Below, in pieces: positions 20,069 through 29,477 of a stretch of 64,000 bases of DNA. The notes under the pieces were generated by a model. It was not told the DNA's origin. It searched no databases and was given only the letters and a program-made list of their open reading frames with translations. The first letter of the stretch is position 1. Each line of letters opens with the position of its first letter. Source of the stretch: a virus; IMG/VR virus record IMGVR_UViG_3300032086_003519, positions 23,213 to 87,212 of that record; one strand, given 5' to 3'. Made by a program: the position numbers and the translations under genes.

Positions 20069-20463
20069 TATCCAAAAAACCCTTTGATCTTAGTTAAGAT
20101 GTCCCCACCTCCAAAACCACCTTTGAAGATTACTAGGTATGCTACTATAGCACCAACTATGATAAAAAACAACCACTTTCTCTTAGAAGCGACCGCATAA
20201 AACTTTTCTTTTATTGCGGCAATCTTCTCTAATCGGTAGTTTCGTCTTTCTTCAACCTTCTCTTTGCGTTCTTCTCTACGTTCTTCTTTTGCCTCTTTCC
20301 TGATTTCACCTCTAGTTCTAGTAGTCTCTGGCAATTCTTCAGCCTCCGACTCTTCACTGATAACGGAATCAAGAGTAGATACTATCTCATCTACTTGAGA
20401 AGTGTCATAGGTTTTATTGGGAAAAATTTTATCTTTTATACTTTGTAATATATTCTTAAACAT
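20068..20463 (-). CDS. coiled-coil protein with C-terminal TM helix
   Basis: charged helical middle, WLFFIIVGAIVAYLVIF. Confidence 0.6.
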   Translation of the reverse strand: MFKNILQSIKDKIFPNKTYDTSQVDEIVSTLDSVISEESEAEELPETTRTRGEIRKEAKEERREERKEKVEERRNYRLEKIAAIKEKFYAVASKRKWLFFIIVGAIVAYLVIFKGGFGGGDILTKIKGFFG

Positions 20464-21080
20464 TATAAACCTTTTACATAATCTAAGTTAAGATCCAAAT
20501 CTTGCTTGACAAACCAGCGATGCCAAATGTATTTTCCGCAAGGACTTTTGGATGTGTAGAAATTATCATAACCGAGAGACTCCATGTAGCCGTAATCTAA
20601 ATAGTTAGGCACATCGTGATTCTCTGCGCAAATTAATTTTATGTTCGTCTTTGAAAAGTCTATTCCAGAAATAGCTTCGTGCTCAAAGCCTTCTAAATCT
20701 AGTGACAAAAAGTCTATCTCAGTGATAGAATTCTCATCAAATATATCTTGCAACATCCTAGCTGGAGATTGAAAAGAATTGTCACCAGAAGCTCCTTCTG
20801 CGCAACTTGCTACCATGCCTGCACCATGAAATATTATTGTGTCTTGGTTGTACTCATTGCCTACAATAGCAGAGTGAATAAACTTGGTGTTTGGTCTATT
20901 GACAAGATACCCTGCCTGATAAGAACTATGTGCATCAATCGCTATGCCTTGCCACCCACTCTGCTCCAACTTGTATGTATTGTTTTGTTCTACGTAACTG
21001 TTACATCCCGCATCAACAAAAAATCCAGACGAGCCGAGAATTGATAGAACAATGTCATCTACGTTGTCTTGTGCTGCCAT
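20463..21080 (-). CDS. FkbM-family methyltransferase
   Basis: GFFVDAG, NNTYKLE..GWQGIAID, IDFLSLDLEGFE. Confidence 0.85.
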   Translation of the reverse strand: MAAQDNVDDIVLSILGSSGFFVDAGCNSYVEQNNTYKLEQSGWQGIAIDAHSSYQAGYLVNRPNTKFIHSAIVGNEYNQDTIIFHGAGMVASCAEGASGDNSFQSPARMLQDIFDENSITEIDFLSLDLEGFEHEAISGIDFSKTNIKLICAENHDVPNYLDYGYMESLGYDNFYTSKSPCGKYIWHRWFVKQDLDLNLDYVKGL

Positions 21081-21502
21081 TACTTTCCACTGCTCCCAAA
21101 GCCGCCCTCTCCACGATCAGTATCGTCTAGACTTTCGACTTCTAAAAATTCAACATCTTCAACTTTTTGTATAATTAACTGCGCTATTCTATCGCCCGGC
21201 TGAACGTGTACCATTTGGTCAGAAGTATTCAGTAGGCATACTTTTATTTCACCTCTATATCCAGAGTCAATAACGCCTGCAAGCACATCAATCCCACTTT
21301 TAACTGACAAGCCAGATCTTGGCCAGATAAGACCGCAATAACCATCAGGAATCGCTATAGATATATCTGTGGAGATTAACCTTCTTTTATGTGGAAAAAT
21401 TGGCTGTGCTAAATCTGAAGCATATATATCCCAACCAGCGTCAGAACTGTGTGCCTTAGTTGGAACTTTAGCATCTTTACTTAGTAACTTGACTTTTATC
21501 AT
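21080..21502 (-). CDS. dut: dUTPase (trimeric)
   Basis: AGWD, PRSGL, GVIDSGYRGEI, DRIAQL, RGEGGFGSSG. Confidence 0.97.
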   Translation of the reverse strand: MIKVKLLSKDAKVPTKAHSSDAGWDIYASDLAQPIFPHKRRLISTDISIAIPDGYCGLIWPRSGLSVKSGIDVLAGVIDSGYRGEIKVCLLNTSDQMVHVQPGDRIAQLIIQKVEDVEFLEVESLDDTDRGEGGFGSSGK

Positions 21503-21945
21503 TATCTTCTCCTGTTAGATAAGCAGCCGTCACAGACAAACCATTCTCTACGGTGTGTCTCAGCTACTTCAAAAGTTTTTGAGCAACTTTGACAGGTCTG
21601 ATTAACCTTTCTAGGTGCTTTCCTTCTTTCTGTTGGTGTTACTGATGGAGTTTCTATATCCATATGCTCAGTTCTGTCATCAAAGAACTTGTTCTCTCTT
21701 TGTCTAATATCATTGACAGGAGTTCTTGAGCTAGATCTAGATTCTCTACTCACAACAAACTCATCAGCAGTGACTCTCTGAGGTGAAGCTTCTTCCTTCT
21801 TTACGACCTGTTTTACTTCAGGTTGAGCAGGCGTTTCGGTTTCAACTTGCACCTCTAGTAGAGAGTTTGCCATATTTATTAAATCTTCATCATTTAGAGC
21901 GATACCTTTCTTGAGTAGCTCTTTTGCTGTATCAATTATTGACAT
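21502..21945 (-). CDS. hypothetical protein with C-terminal zinc ribbon
   Basis: CQSC...CDGC. Confidence 0.6.
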   Translation of the reverse strand: MSIIDTAKELLKKGIALNDEDLINMANSLLEVQVETETPAQPEVKQVVKKEEASPQRVTADEFVVSRESRSSSRTPVNDIRQRENKFFDDRTEHMDIETPSVTPTERRKAPRKVNQTCQSCSKTFEVAETHRREWFVCDGCLSNRRR

Positions 21946-22412
21946 TAGTAACCTCTTCTTTTACCTAAGTCTTGCAATAGCGCAGCCATTCTTTTAGCGT
22001 TGTCAACTTTACCAGAAAGCCGATTGAGTCTAGCCTGCGACATAATCTTTAATCTATTTAATTCTGTAGCCATTGGATTTTCTTTTATTGCGGAGTAATA
22101 TTTTTCCTGCCATTTGGAATATTGTCCTCCGTAGTTCTGTAGTTTGTCTCCGACCATAAACCAGATACTGTCATCACAAAACTCAACGACTGTCTTCTCT
22201 TTATTATAAACACCTTGAAGATATTCTGCATGAGCAAAAAGAACAAAAGAATAGGACAGTGCCTTCTCTTGGCTCAGTGATCTAACCTCATCAGAACTGA
22301 GCGCCATGATTGGCTCGACTTCCTCGTTTTCTTTTGCGAGATCTGCGTTTCTATCTTCAATCCAGTCATCCACCTTTGAGAGGAATTCTGTTACTTTTTG
22401 TTCGTTAGTCAA
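21945..22412 (-). CDS. helical hypothetical protein (possible UvsY-like recombination mediator)
   Basis: all-helical pattern, two genes downstream of recA; function is inference. Confidence 0.4.
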   Translation of the reverse strand: MTNEQKVTEFLSKVDDWIEDRNADLAKENEEVEPIMALSSDEVRSLSQEKALSYSFVLFAHAEYLQGVYNKEKTVVEFCDDSIWFMVGDKLQNYGGQYSKWQEKYYSAIKENPMATELNRLKIMSQARLNRLSGKVDNAKRMAALLQDLGKRRGY

Positions 22413-22818
22413 ATTTTTCTCTCCATTGTTCTTCAGACTCGTCGTAATTTAATTCAATCAAAGTCATATGATTCAGTTCGCACCAAGCTCTTTTATCTTT
22501 ATCTCTTGCTTGAGCTTTGAAAAACGCCATCTTATCTTTGTGAAAAAATGAATTGAACTTAAAGTGTTGTTCGCCATGCACTTCTACGACCAGTTCTCTA
22601 TTTGGCACATAAAGGTCAGCATAAAGTAATGTTTTTCTAGAGCCAGTTTTAGTGCCGGGAAGCGTGACTTCTTCTAAGATTCTATCATATGGATAAATGT
22701 CTTTCAATAACTTTCTAGCTTTTTTGTGCAAAGAAGACCTATTTTTTTCACTCACCGAAGCCTGACTTCTGGAAGGATTCCACTTCCAGACTTTACCATC
22801 AAGACCGTGTATTTCCAT
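22405..22818 (-). CDS. Vsr/DUF559-like endonuclease
   Basis: ADLYVP..LVVEVHGEQH..RDKDK..C. Confidence 0.75.
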   Translation of the reverse strand: MEIHGLDGKVWKWNPSRSQASVSEKNRSSLHKKARKLLKDIYPYDRILEEVTLPGTKTGSRKTLLYADLYVPNRELVVEVHGEQHFKFNSFFHKDKMAFFKAQARDKDKRAWCELNHMTLIELNYDESEEQWREKFD

Positions 22819-23882
22819 TAGAGCATACCCTTAATTTCTTTCTCTAAGATATCAAACACTTCTTCGTTCGCCAGCAAGAAGTTGTAAAGTCTTTCTTGCC
22901 CTTGGAACTTTACTGCCTTTAAGACCGCCTCAGTATCTTCTATATTTGTTTCTGGTTTTATCTTCTTTACTACGTCTGTAAACCCAACCATAAACTCACA
23001 TGTAAACCAAGCGCCAGCTTTGCCAATTAAACCCAAATCCAACCCAAGCATAATAAGTTCTTGAATCTTGTCTACGCCATGACCATATTTGATCCAGCTT
23101 TGACATTCTGTGCCGGGAGACCCCATTGAGGAACACACAATCTTCCAATTCACAGCTTGGCCTATCTGTGTGTCGCTTTGAACCCAAGGAGTGATAGATT
23201 TGACCTCCATGCGTGTATCAGCCTGATATTGAATCTTGCGCCCACAGTCTGGCATCCTTGAAGCACCATAGCCTGAAGTATTAGCAATAAAGTGTGTAAT
23301 AATAATTAAAGTGGCTCGTTGATTAGGAACGATTTGTCCCATCTTCTTACAGAAGACTGAAAGAATCTTTGGAAGACCTGCTCGTCCGGGAGTCATATCT
23401 CCATCCAGTTCTTTCTCGGGCATTAGCGATGAAGTGGAATCAATAATACAGACACACCCTTCATTCTCTTTTGCGCTAACAAGCTTGACTGCAATATCCA
23501 GAAACGCTTCTGCACTAAGTGGCTCGTCTTCAGAATGGATGATTTGCATCTTTTCTTTATCTAAACCATCAACACCAAGAAGGTTCATCTCTTTTAATCG
23601 ACCTTCAGCGTCAAGATAGATAATTGGACGACCTTCTTTCTGGCAGTTGGCGGCAATCTGCAAAGCTGTGGTTGTTTTGCCGCACTTCGGATCTCCGGTT
23701 AAGATAACCCAAGAGCCTTCCTTGATTCCGCCACCCAATGCCAAGTCAATCGAAGGACTGACGGTGACAACCTTGTAATCTTTCCTTCTCTCTAGAATTT
23801 GATTCCCAGTAGAAATCACATTGCCATACTTCTTAACAATTTCTTTTACAAATGCTGGATCAGCCTTCTTTGTTTTTGCCAT
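22818..23882 (-). CDS. recA: RecA/UvsX recombinase
   Basis: SIDLALGGGI, GDPKCGKTT, YLDAEG, IIDSTSSL. Confidence 0.9.
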   Translation of the reverse strand: MAKTKKADPAFVKEIVKKYGNVISTGNQILERRKDYKVVTVSPSIDLALGGGIKEGSWVILTGDPKCGKTTTALQIAANCQKEGRPIIYLDAEGRLKEMNLLGVDGLDKEKMQIIHSEDEPLSAEAFLDIAVKLVSAKENEGCVCIIDSTSSLMPEKELDGDMTPGRAGLPKILSVFCKKMGQIVPNQRATLIIITHFIANTSGYGASRMPDCGRKIQYQADTRMEVKSITPWVQSDTQIGQAVNWKIVCSSMGSPGTECQSWIKYGHGVDKIQELIMLGLDLGLIGKAGAWFTCEFMVGFTDVVKKIKPETNIEDTEAVLKAVKFQGQERLYNFLLANEEVFDILEKEIKGML

Positions 23883-24315
23883 TTGAATTCCTCAATTTAG
23901 AAAAGAGCGATTTGTTACCAAAGCTCTTCATTGGTTTTACATTTACATTATCTTCTTCTACTTCAATAATATCAACCTCTTTGGGTTTTGGCCTTGAATC
24001 TAGAAGTTTTTTGTGTTTTTTGACTTCATCTTTTACCCACTTGGGCAATGCAGAGTAAACTCGTTTGTTTTTATTTATGATATAGTCATAGACAGCATCT
24101 TCGCCAAATTCAGAAATCATTTTATAGACTTCTTGAACCTGACGTTGATACTGTTTTTTACGAGTTTTATTCCAGAACTTGTAGGGCAAAGAGCCTTTGT
24201 TTTCTCTCTCTGATCTACGTTGCACCAATATCTCAGCTATGTATTGGCCTGTAGTACAGTAATCACCCGTTGAGGGTGACTTGAACCTGCTCGTTTTGCT
24301 TCTTCGTTTCGCCAT
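23860..24315 (-). CDS. hypothetical basic protein
   Basis: coupled ORF. Confidence 0.6.
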   Translation of the reverse strand: MAKRRSKTSRFKSPSTGDYCTTGQYIAEILVQRRSERENKGSLPYKFWNKTRKKQYQRQVQEVYKMISEFGEDAVYDYIINKNKRVYSALPKWVKDEVKKHKKLLDSRPKPKEVDIIEVEEDNVNVKPMKSFGNKSLFSKLRNSNGKNKEG

Positions 24316-24769
24316 CTTTCCAAATCATCCAAGAGAGATTTTCTTGAGTAATCATTCTCTTCTGTGTAAATTCCATAAAGTCGCACTCTGGCCAACTATA
24401 CTTCTTCACTTCTACTTCAAGATCATCATTTAATAAACCAAATGTCATGTGCTGGTAGGACGGGCCATCTCCAGTCACCATATCAATATCTTTTGAAAAG
24501 CCTCTAGCAATGAAAAAACCATCAAGGCCATCTTCGTTTTCAAAAACAACTTCTTCTGGCGCGCCCATCACAATTACTTGCGCCTTAGCTACACATCTAC
24601 CATTTTCTTCACAGTATCTCTGCAATCTAAGCCAAGGGCTTTCAGGTACTCCGGGACGCTCATAGTCGCCCCATACAATTGTACCATCATCTAACGTGCA
24701 CTTCCAAGTCATGGAAACATCTTCCATAATCAGTTTACGGATATGTTCATCTCTGACAGTACAAATCAT
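24263..24769 (-). CDS. hypothetical protein
   Basis: GGAG RBS before MICTV; start reassigned. Confidence 0.6.
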   Translation of the reverse strand: MICTVRDEHIRKLIMEDVSMTWKCTLDDGTIVWGDYERPGVPESPWLRLQRYCEENGRCVAKAQVIVMGAPEEVVFENEDGLDGFFIARGFSKDIDMVTGDGPSYQHMTFGLLNDDLEVEVKKYSWPECDFMEFTQKRMITQENLSWMIWKDGETKKQNEQVQVTLNG

Positions 24770-24770
24770 G

Positions 24771-25163
24771 TTAGTCTCCCTTAATCTTATGGATAGCACC
24801 TCTGTGGCGACGAGCGACATTAATCTTGTCAGGAAGTCTTTCTTCCTTAGTTCCGTCTCCAGCCATAGAAGCCTGTTCAGTCATGATAACTGTTCCGTAG
24901 CGATTGTTTCTAGCCATTAGTTCACCAGCTTTAGGCATCTCAGGCTCTTCTTCTTCGGGCTCACTACCTGTAATAGTAGCAGAAACTGCTGGCTTTTCTT
25001 CTGCTGAATCGTGCAGTAGTTCTTCTTCGCCTAATTTTGTAAGATACTTGTCTACAGATTTCTCAGACCTGTCAAGCTCTTCTGCAATTTCACCCACAGG
25101 CAACTCTCGATTGTCCTCAATATACTGTTTTTCGCTTTTTGAAAGCGGGCCTTTCTTAGTCAT
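24771..25163 (-). CDS. HTH-containing hypothetical protein
   Basis: VGEIAEELDRSEKSV helix-turn-helix pattern. Confidence 0.6.
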   Translation of the reverse strand: MTKKGPLSKSEKQYIEDNRELPVGEIAEELDRSEKSVDKYLTKLGEEELLHDSAEEKPAVSATITGSEPEEEEPEMPKAGELMARNNRYGTVIMTEQASMAGDGTKEERLPDKINVARRHRGAIHKIKGD

Positions 25164-25164
25164 T

Positions 25165-25497
25165 TTAAACCTCCATAAGTGATCTTCTTGCTCGTGTCAA
25201 AAAGATTCTATCTCTATTTGTTAAATATTCTATATAGTAATTGTATACGTTTTCTTTAACTTTCCTGAAGTCAAAGTATGGTCTGTTATGCATGTTTCTA
25301 TCTGCACCAAAAGGGTCGAACAAATCACCTCTACCATATTTGATATAATGAGTTTTGTATTCGCCATTCACGACAATTTTAGCAAATGCATCTTTTTCTT
25401 TAACTTCTTCGCCTTTGGCTCCAATAAAGGTTGTAACCTTAGTCGGAACTTCTGGTAAATTCAGATGAGAAATATCATCATTTTCGCCTCTAGCCAT
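25165..25497 (-). CDS. hypothetical protein
   Basis: coupled ORF. Confidence 0.6.
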   Translation of the reverse strand: MARGENDDISHLNLPEVPTKVTTFIGAKGEEVKEKDAFAKIVVNGEYKTHYIKYGRGDLFDPFGADRNMHNRPYFDFRKVKENVYNYYIEYLTNRDRIFLTRARRSLMEV

Positions 25498-25708
25498 CTA
25501 ATTTCTCCAATAACTCTTTGATCTTTTTAATACAATCTGCTCTGTCAAAGCCGTCTATAGCTATCTTAGCTTGACGACCAATATCATATCTTGCAAGTTC
25601 TTCTTCACTAGCTGGAATAGGATCTAGATCTCCATTCCTAAGAACTTCATGCACAGCAATACCGATATGTATAATTGCTTTGTGCGGTAAGTTAGCTCTA
25701 TCAACCAT
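25490..25708 (-). CDS. hypothetical protein
   Basis: coupled ORF. Confidence 0.55.
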   Translation of the reverse strand: MVDRANLPHKAIIHIGIAVHEVLRNGDLDPIPASEEELARYDIGRQAKIAIDGFDRADCIKKIKELLEKLDG

Positions 25709-26049
25709 TACTCACCTTTCTCTATGTATTTCATTTTTTCAGCAGTAGACATCTTGTTGATTTTGTTTCTGCGTTGATTAACCTCTCGGTCTTTCTTAAC
25801 CTTGTCCATATTATCAGCCTGCATCTTATCTTGCAGTTCATAGCTTCCCATCTTCTGTGTATTCCTATCGGCTAGGTGTCTTACTGTTGTAGGCTCACCC
25901 TTTACAGACACATGAGGAGCATCTAGTATAACTCTTCTAAATTTATGTTTCTTGCATGACGGACATCTTACCAAAGGTTTCTCCGAGAATCTTTGGAACA
26001 CTTCTTTATAATGTCCACACTCACTACACTCATAATCGTAGGTTGGCAT
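25708..26049 (-). CDS. FmdB-family zinc-ribbon protein
   Basis: MPTYDYECSECGH...CPSC signature. Confidence 0.85.
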   Translation of the reverse strand: MPTYDYECSECGHYKEVFQRFSEKPLVRCPSCKKHKFRRVILDAPHVSVKGEPTTVRHLADRNTQKMGSYELQDKMQADNMDKVKKDREVNQRRNKINKMSTAEKMKYIEKGE

Positions 26050-26058
26050 TTTGAATCC

Positions 26059-27210
26059 TTAATACAGATTGTTTATAACTTGACAAACTTTTTCTATATC
26101 TTTTATATCCATGTCGTGGTGATTTGGCACATACATTCCGTTAGAATCTACTAAACAAGAGTTTTTATGACCAACTTTGCCAAATAATTTTTGCCAAACT
26201 GGTTGCATACCAATGCTCCCAGCTATGAGAGGTCTACATTCAATATTGTTGTCATTAAGAGATTCTGCAAGCTTTTCTCTATCTCTAACAATTATTGGAT
26301 AGCCCATGTTTGATACGAGATTTTGGCACGAAGAAGGCTGTGGTTTCCAGATTGTGTCTTTGATTAGTTCGTCATAAATCAAGAAATTTTCATGACGTTT
26401 ACTTGCAATATTATCTATCTTATCGACCTGTCTCAGGCCAATAAATGCTTGCAAATCTGTAGACCTTAAGTTAAATCCAGCAAAGTAAAATTTATAAAGA
26501 GCATTGAACTCGTCTACATTATACTGGTTTCTATACTTTTTCTTAGAATCTTCAGATATGTCTCTATCCCACCCATGACTACGAATCATGCGAAGAATTT
26601 CTGCAAGATCATCATCATCGGTGCAAATCATACCGCCTTCGATGGTAGATATGTGATGTCCAAAATAAAATGAGAACGAACTCATGTCGCCAAAAGTTCC
26701 TAGCTTCTTGCCATGCACTTCTGATCCAAGACTTTCGCAAGTGTCTTCTATTAGCAGAACAGAGTATTTGTCACAAAGGGCTTTGACTTCTTGTATATTG
26801 CAGTCGAACCCTAGCACATGTACCAATATAAGGGCGGCAGGATTTTCAGTTTGAAATATATTCTCAAGATGACCGAGATCCAGTCCTAGATTTTGCATAT
26901 TGCAGTCACAAAGTATAGGCTGAAGCCCGAACTGTATGATAGGAAATACGGTAGTAGACCAAGAGACTTGAGGAGCTACCACTTTATTGTTTTTCATTTT
27001 CCCCGATTGAGCTAAGGCAGAAAAAGCTAGTAGATTTGCCGAAGATCCAGAGTTACAAAAGACTGAGTGCTTCACTCCTAGTTTTGCAGAGAATTTCTCT
27101 TCAAACTCTACAGTTAGCTTGTTCTTCGTTAAGATAGGTTTTGTTTTCAACCACTCAATCAAAGAGTCAATATCTGCATCATCTATGATTTCTGCACAAA
27201 GTTTTATCAT
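26059..27210 (-). CDS. PLP-dependent DegT-family enzyme, ColD-like (GDP-4-keto-6-deoxymannose 3-dehydratase type)
   Basis: NSGSSANL, EDTCESLG, FSFYFGHHISTIEGG with His at the Schiff-base Lys position; RSHGWDR; no E1 Fe-S Cys motif. Confidence 0.75.
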   Translation of the reverse strand: MIKLCAEIIDDADIDSLIEWLKTKPILTKNKLTVEFEEKFSAKLGVKHSVFCNSGSSANLLAFSALAQSGKMKNNKVVAPQVSWSTTVFPIIQFGLQPILCDCNMQNLGLDLGHLENIFQTENPAALILVHVLGFDCNIQEVKALCDKYSVLLIEDTCESLGSEVHGKKLGTFGDMSSFSFYFGHHISTIEGGMICTDDDDLAEILRMIRSHGWDRDISEDSKKKYRNQYNVDEFNALYKFYFAGFNLRSTDLQAFIGLRQVDKIDNIASKRHENFLIYDELIKDTIWKPQPSSCQNLVSNMGYPIIVRDREKLAESLNDNNIECRPLIAGSIGMQPVWQKLFGKVGHKNSCLVDSNGMYVPNHHDMDIKDIEKVCQVINNLY

Positions 27211-28139
27211 GCTTCTACAATTCCTTTAAGCTGTTCCAGCAAAAATTCTTGATTTACACATTCCGGTATTTTATTGTCAGGGAAACAGGGTAATGTTTGT
27301 ATTTTTTTATATTCAATAGTATTATAACAAAGCTCAAGAACTTTTTCATGTAGATGTTCTAAATTTTCAAAGTTTCTGACATGTAGAAATGCTTCTTCGT
27401 TGAACTCTTCTGCAACATCTTTGCATCCCCAATAAATAGGTATTGATCCTACATACTTGGGATGAATTATTTTTTCTGTGATCCAGCCATCTGATTCTCC
27501 GTTATCAAAACAAAGATTAAACTTGAAATCAGATAGATATTCCAGCTTGTGTTTTTCATCTCCGCCAATCGACGGCATATTAGTAAATGCTCTCCCTCTA
27601 CTCTCTACAAGAAGTCCATTATCAATACCAAAGTTTATAAATTTAGGATACGCTTCTTTTCTGTAGCCCATATCATTGTTAGTTAATATAGAACAGAATT
27701 TACTCTTTTGTGAAACATTAACTTGATTCGTTAACTTTTTTGCTGACAAGAGAAACGCTTGATTTCTGCCCTCTACATAGCTTTCTTGCTGATCGCCAAA
27801 CCAGTTTACATACATAGCCCACAGAGGTATTCTGACATTTCTATCATCTTCAAATTTACAAGACGAAATAGAAAAGTCACACTTGCTATAGTCGGGATCT
27901 CCTGTTCTGTCTATGGATTCTACTAACCAATGAACTATCTTGGAGCTGGTAAATCCTGATGTAAACCTTTCGGGAGGTGGAGCTTGATGACTAGCCGGTG
28001 AAACCTGACAGATTACAATGTCTGGATTACTATCTGTTATTGTAACGTCGTACTCTTTTCTAAGAGTGTTTGTTATAATGTTGTCGTACTCAAAGAAGCC
28101 GCCCCACATATTATAAAATTTTAAAGATATGTTTTTCAT
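27207..28139 (-). CDS. GT10 alpha-1,3-fucosyltransferase-like
   Basis: FKFNLCFDN..GWITEKI....GSIPIYWG alpha3-FucT motif. Confidence 0.85.
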   Translation of the reverse strand: MKNISLKFYNMWGGFFEYDNIITNTLRKEYDVTITDSNPDIVICQVSPASHQAPPPERFTSGFTSSKIVHWLVESIDRTGDPDYSKCDFSISSCKFEDDRNVRIPLWAMYVNWFGDQQESYVEGRNQAFLLSAKKLTNQVNVSQKSKFCSILTNNDMGYRKEAYPKFINFGIDNGLLVESRGRAFTNMPSIGGDEKHKLEYLSDFKFNLCFDNGESDGWITEKIIHPKYVGSIPIYWGCKDVAEEFNEEAFLHVRNFENLEHLHEKVLELCYNTIEYKKIQTLPCFPDNKIPECVNQEFLLEQLKGIVEA

Positions 28140-28175
28140 TTGTACCTCATATAAATAGTCTAATACATTATAGAG

Positions 28176-28505
28176 CTACTTATCGAGTTGTACATCTATT
28201 TTCTTTAAATTTTCTGAGAATTGTTTTAGCGTGCTTACTGTTGTTTCTCTGGCAACTCTTTCTGCGGTCTCAGCGGCATAAGCTTGGACTTCTGTTGGGA
28301 GTTCATTAGAAAGCGCCTGAAGAAACGTCTCAAACTTCATGGCTGTATCAGTTTGTATTGTGTGACTATAAGAAGCACCTTCCTCTAAAATGTCTAATCT
28401 TTTGTCTAAATATCGGTTGTTATATTCAGCTCTAGCGCCTATAAAAATAACGGCAGCTAGAAAGATGCCTCTAAAAATACTTGACTGGTTCACCTTCATG
28501 TTCAT
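28176..28505 (-). CDS. membrane-anchored hypothetical protein
   Basis: N-terminal hydrophobic helix. Confidence 0.55.
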   Translation of the reverse strand: MNMKVNQSSIFRGIFLAAVIFIGARAEYNNRYLDKRLDILEEGASYSHTIQTDTAMKFETFLQALSNELPTEVQAYAAETAERVARETTVSTLKQFSENLKKIDVQLDK

Positions 28506-29181
28506 TCTCATCTTCTTCTTTATTGAGTGTCATTAATATTTTGGACACGATACCACTACGAACAATATCGCTATAATCCAGTTTGCAAACACCAACACCA
28601 GAAACTTCGGAAAGTTTATCCATACAAGTCTTAAGACCACCTTGATGTTTACCTAAGTCGGACTGTCTTAGATCTCCGTTTATCACAGCCTTAGAATCTT
28701 TTCCAATTCTAGTAATAAACATTTTGATTTGTTCAAACGTAGCGTTCTGCGCTTCGTCTAAGATCATAAAACAATTATGAAAGTTTCGCCCTCTCATATA
28801 TTCCAGTGGGCATAACTCAATAATATCTCTACTCCTATAAGTTTCTACCGTATTCTTTGTGAGATATTGGTTCATCTCTTCTAGAATAGGTATTAAATAA
28901 GGATTAATTTTTTCTACTAATGTGCCGGGCAAGTGACCCAAACCACGACCCGACTCTACAACAGGTCGAGTAATAATAATTTTGTCTACTTTCTTTTCGA
29001 TCAAGTATTCACACGCCATTCCGACAGAGACGCTAGTCTTTCCCGACCCAGCAGGCCCAGAGCAGAAAGTAACATCAGACCTGTTTATACTCTGCATGTA
29101 AGTTTCTTGATTGCGTGTTTTAGGCCGTAATATTTTTCTTCTCTGTCTTGTTGTCTTTGGTTTTTTTGCTTGTCTTGCCAT
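28471..29181 (-). CDS. phoH: PhoH-family ATPase
   Basis: GPAGSGKT, ITRPVVE, LGHLPG, YMRGRNF, LDEAQN, GDLRQSD. Confidence 0.95.
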   Translation of the reverse strand: MARQAKKPKTTRQRRKILRPKTRNQETYMQSINRSDVTFCSGPAGSGKTSVSVGMACEYLIEKKVDKIIITRPVVESGRGLGHLPGTLVEKINPYLIPILEEMNQYLTKNTVETYRSRDIIELCPLEYMRGRNFHNCFMILDEAQNATFEQIKMFITRIGKDSKAVINGDLRQSDLGKHQGGLKTCMDKLSEVSGVGVCKLDYSDIVRSGIVSKILMTLNKEEDENEHEGEPVKYF

Positions 29182-29477
29182 TAATTATTCTCTACTGTTA
29201 TAGTTTTAATTGCTGAATCCTGACACATTGGACATATCGGCTGAGAGCCGGGCTTATGTATACCAAGTTGGTGATGGGTCATAAGGATTGCTTGAATTAT
29301 CTGTGATTCTCTAAGCCTTGAATGTAAGGGTAATTCTCTGAGTTCTTTTTCTATGGGAATTTTAAGTTCTATTGCTGGCTCCTTATTCATTATATGTTTG
29401 AACATATAGAAAGAGCCCGCTAAATTCAGTAAAGATAGTGAAAAAAGTACATAAACTGCGTTCTTAAAAAATTTCAT
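29181..29477 (-). CDS. membrane-anchored small protein with HH..H..CxxC
   Basis: N-terminal TM; THHQLGIH, CPMC. Confidence 0.55.
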   Translation of the reverse strand: MKFFKNAVYVLFSLSLLNLAGSFYMFKHIMNKEPAIELKIPIEKELRELPLHSRLRESQIIQAILMTHHQLGIHKPGSQPICPMCQDSAIKTITVENN

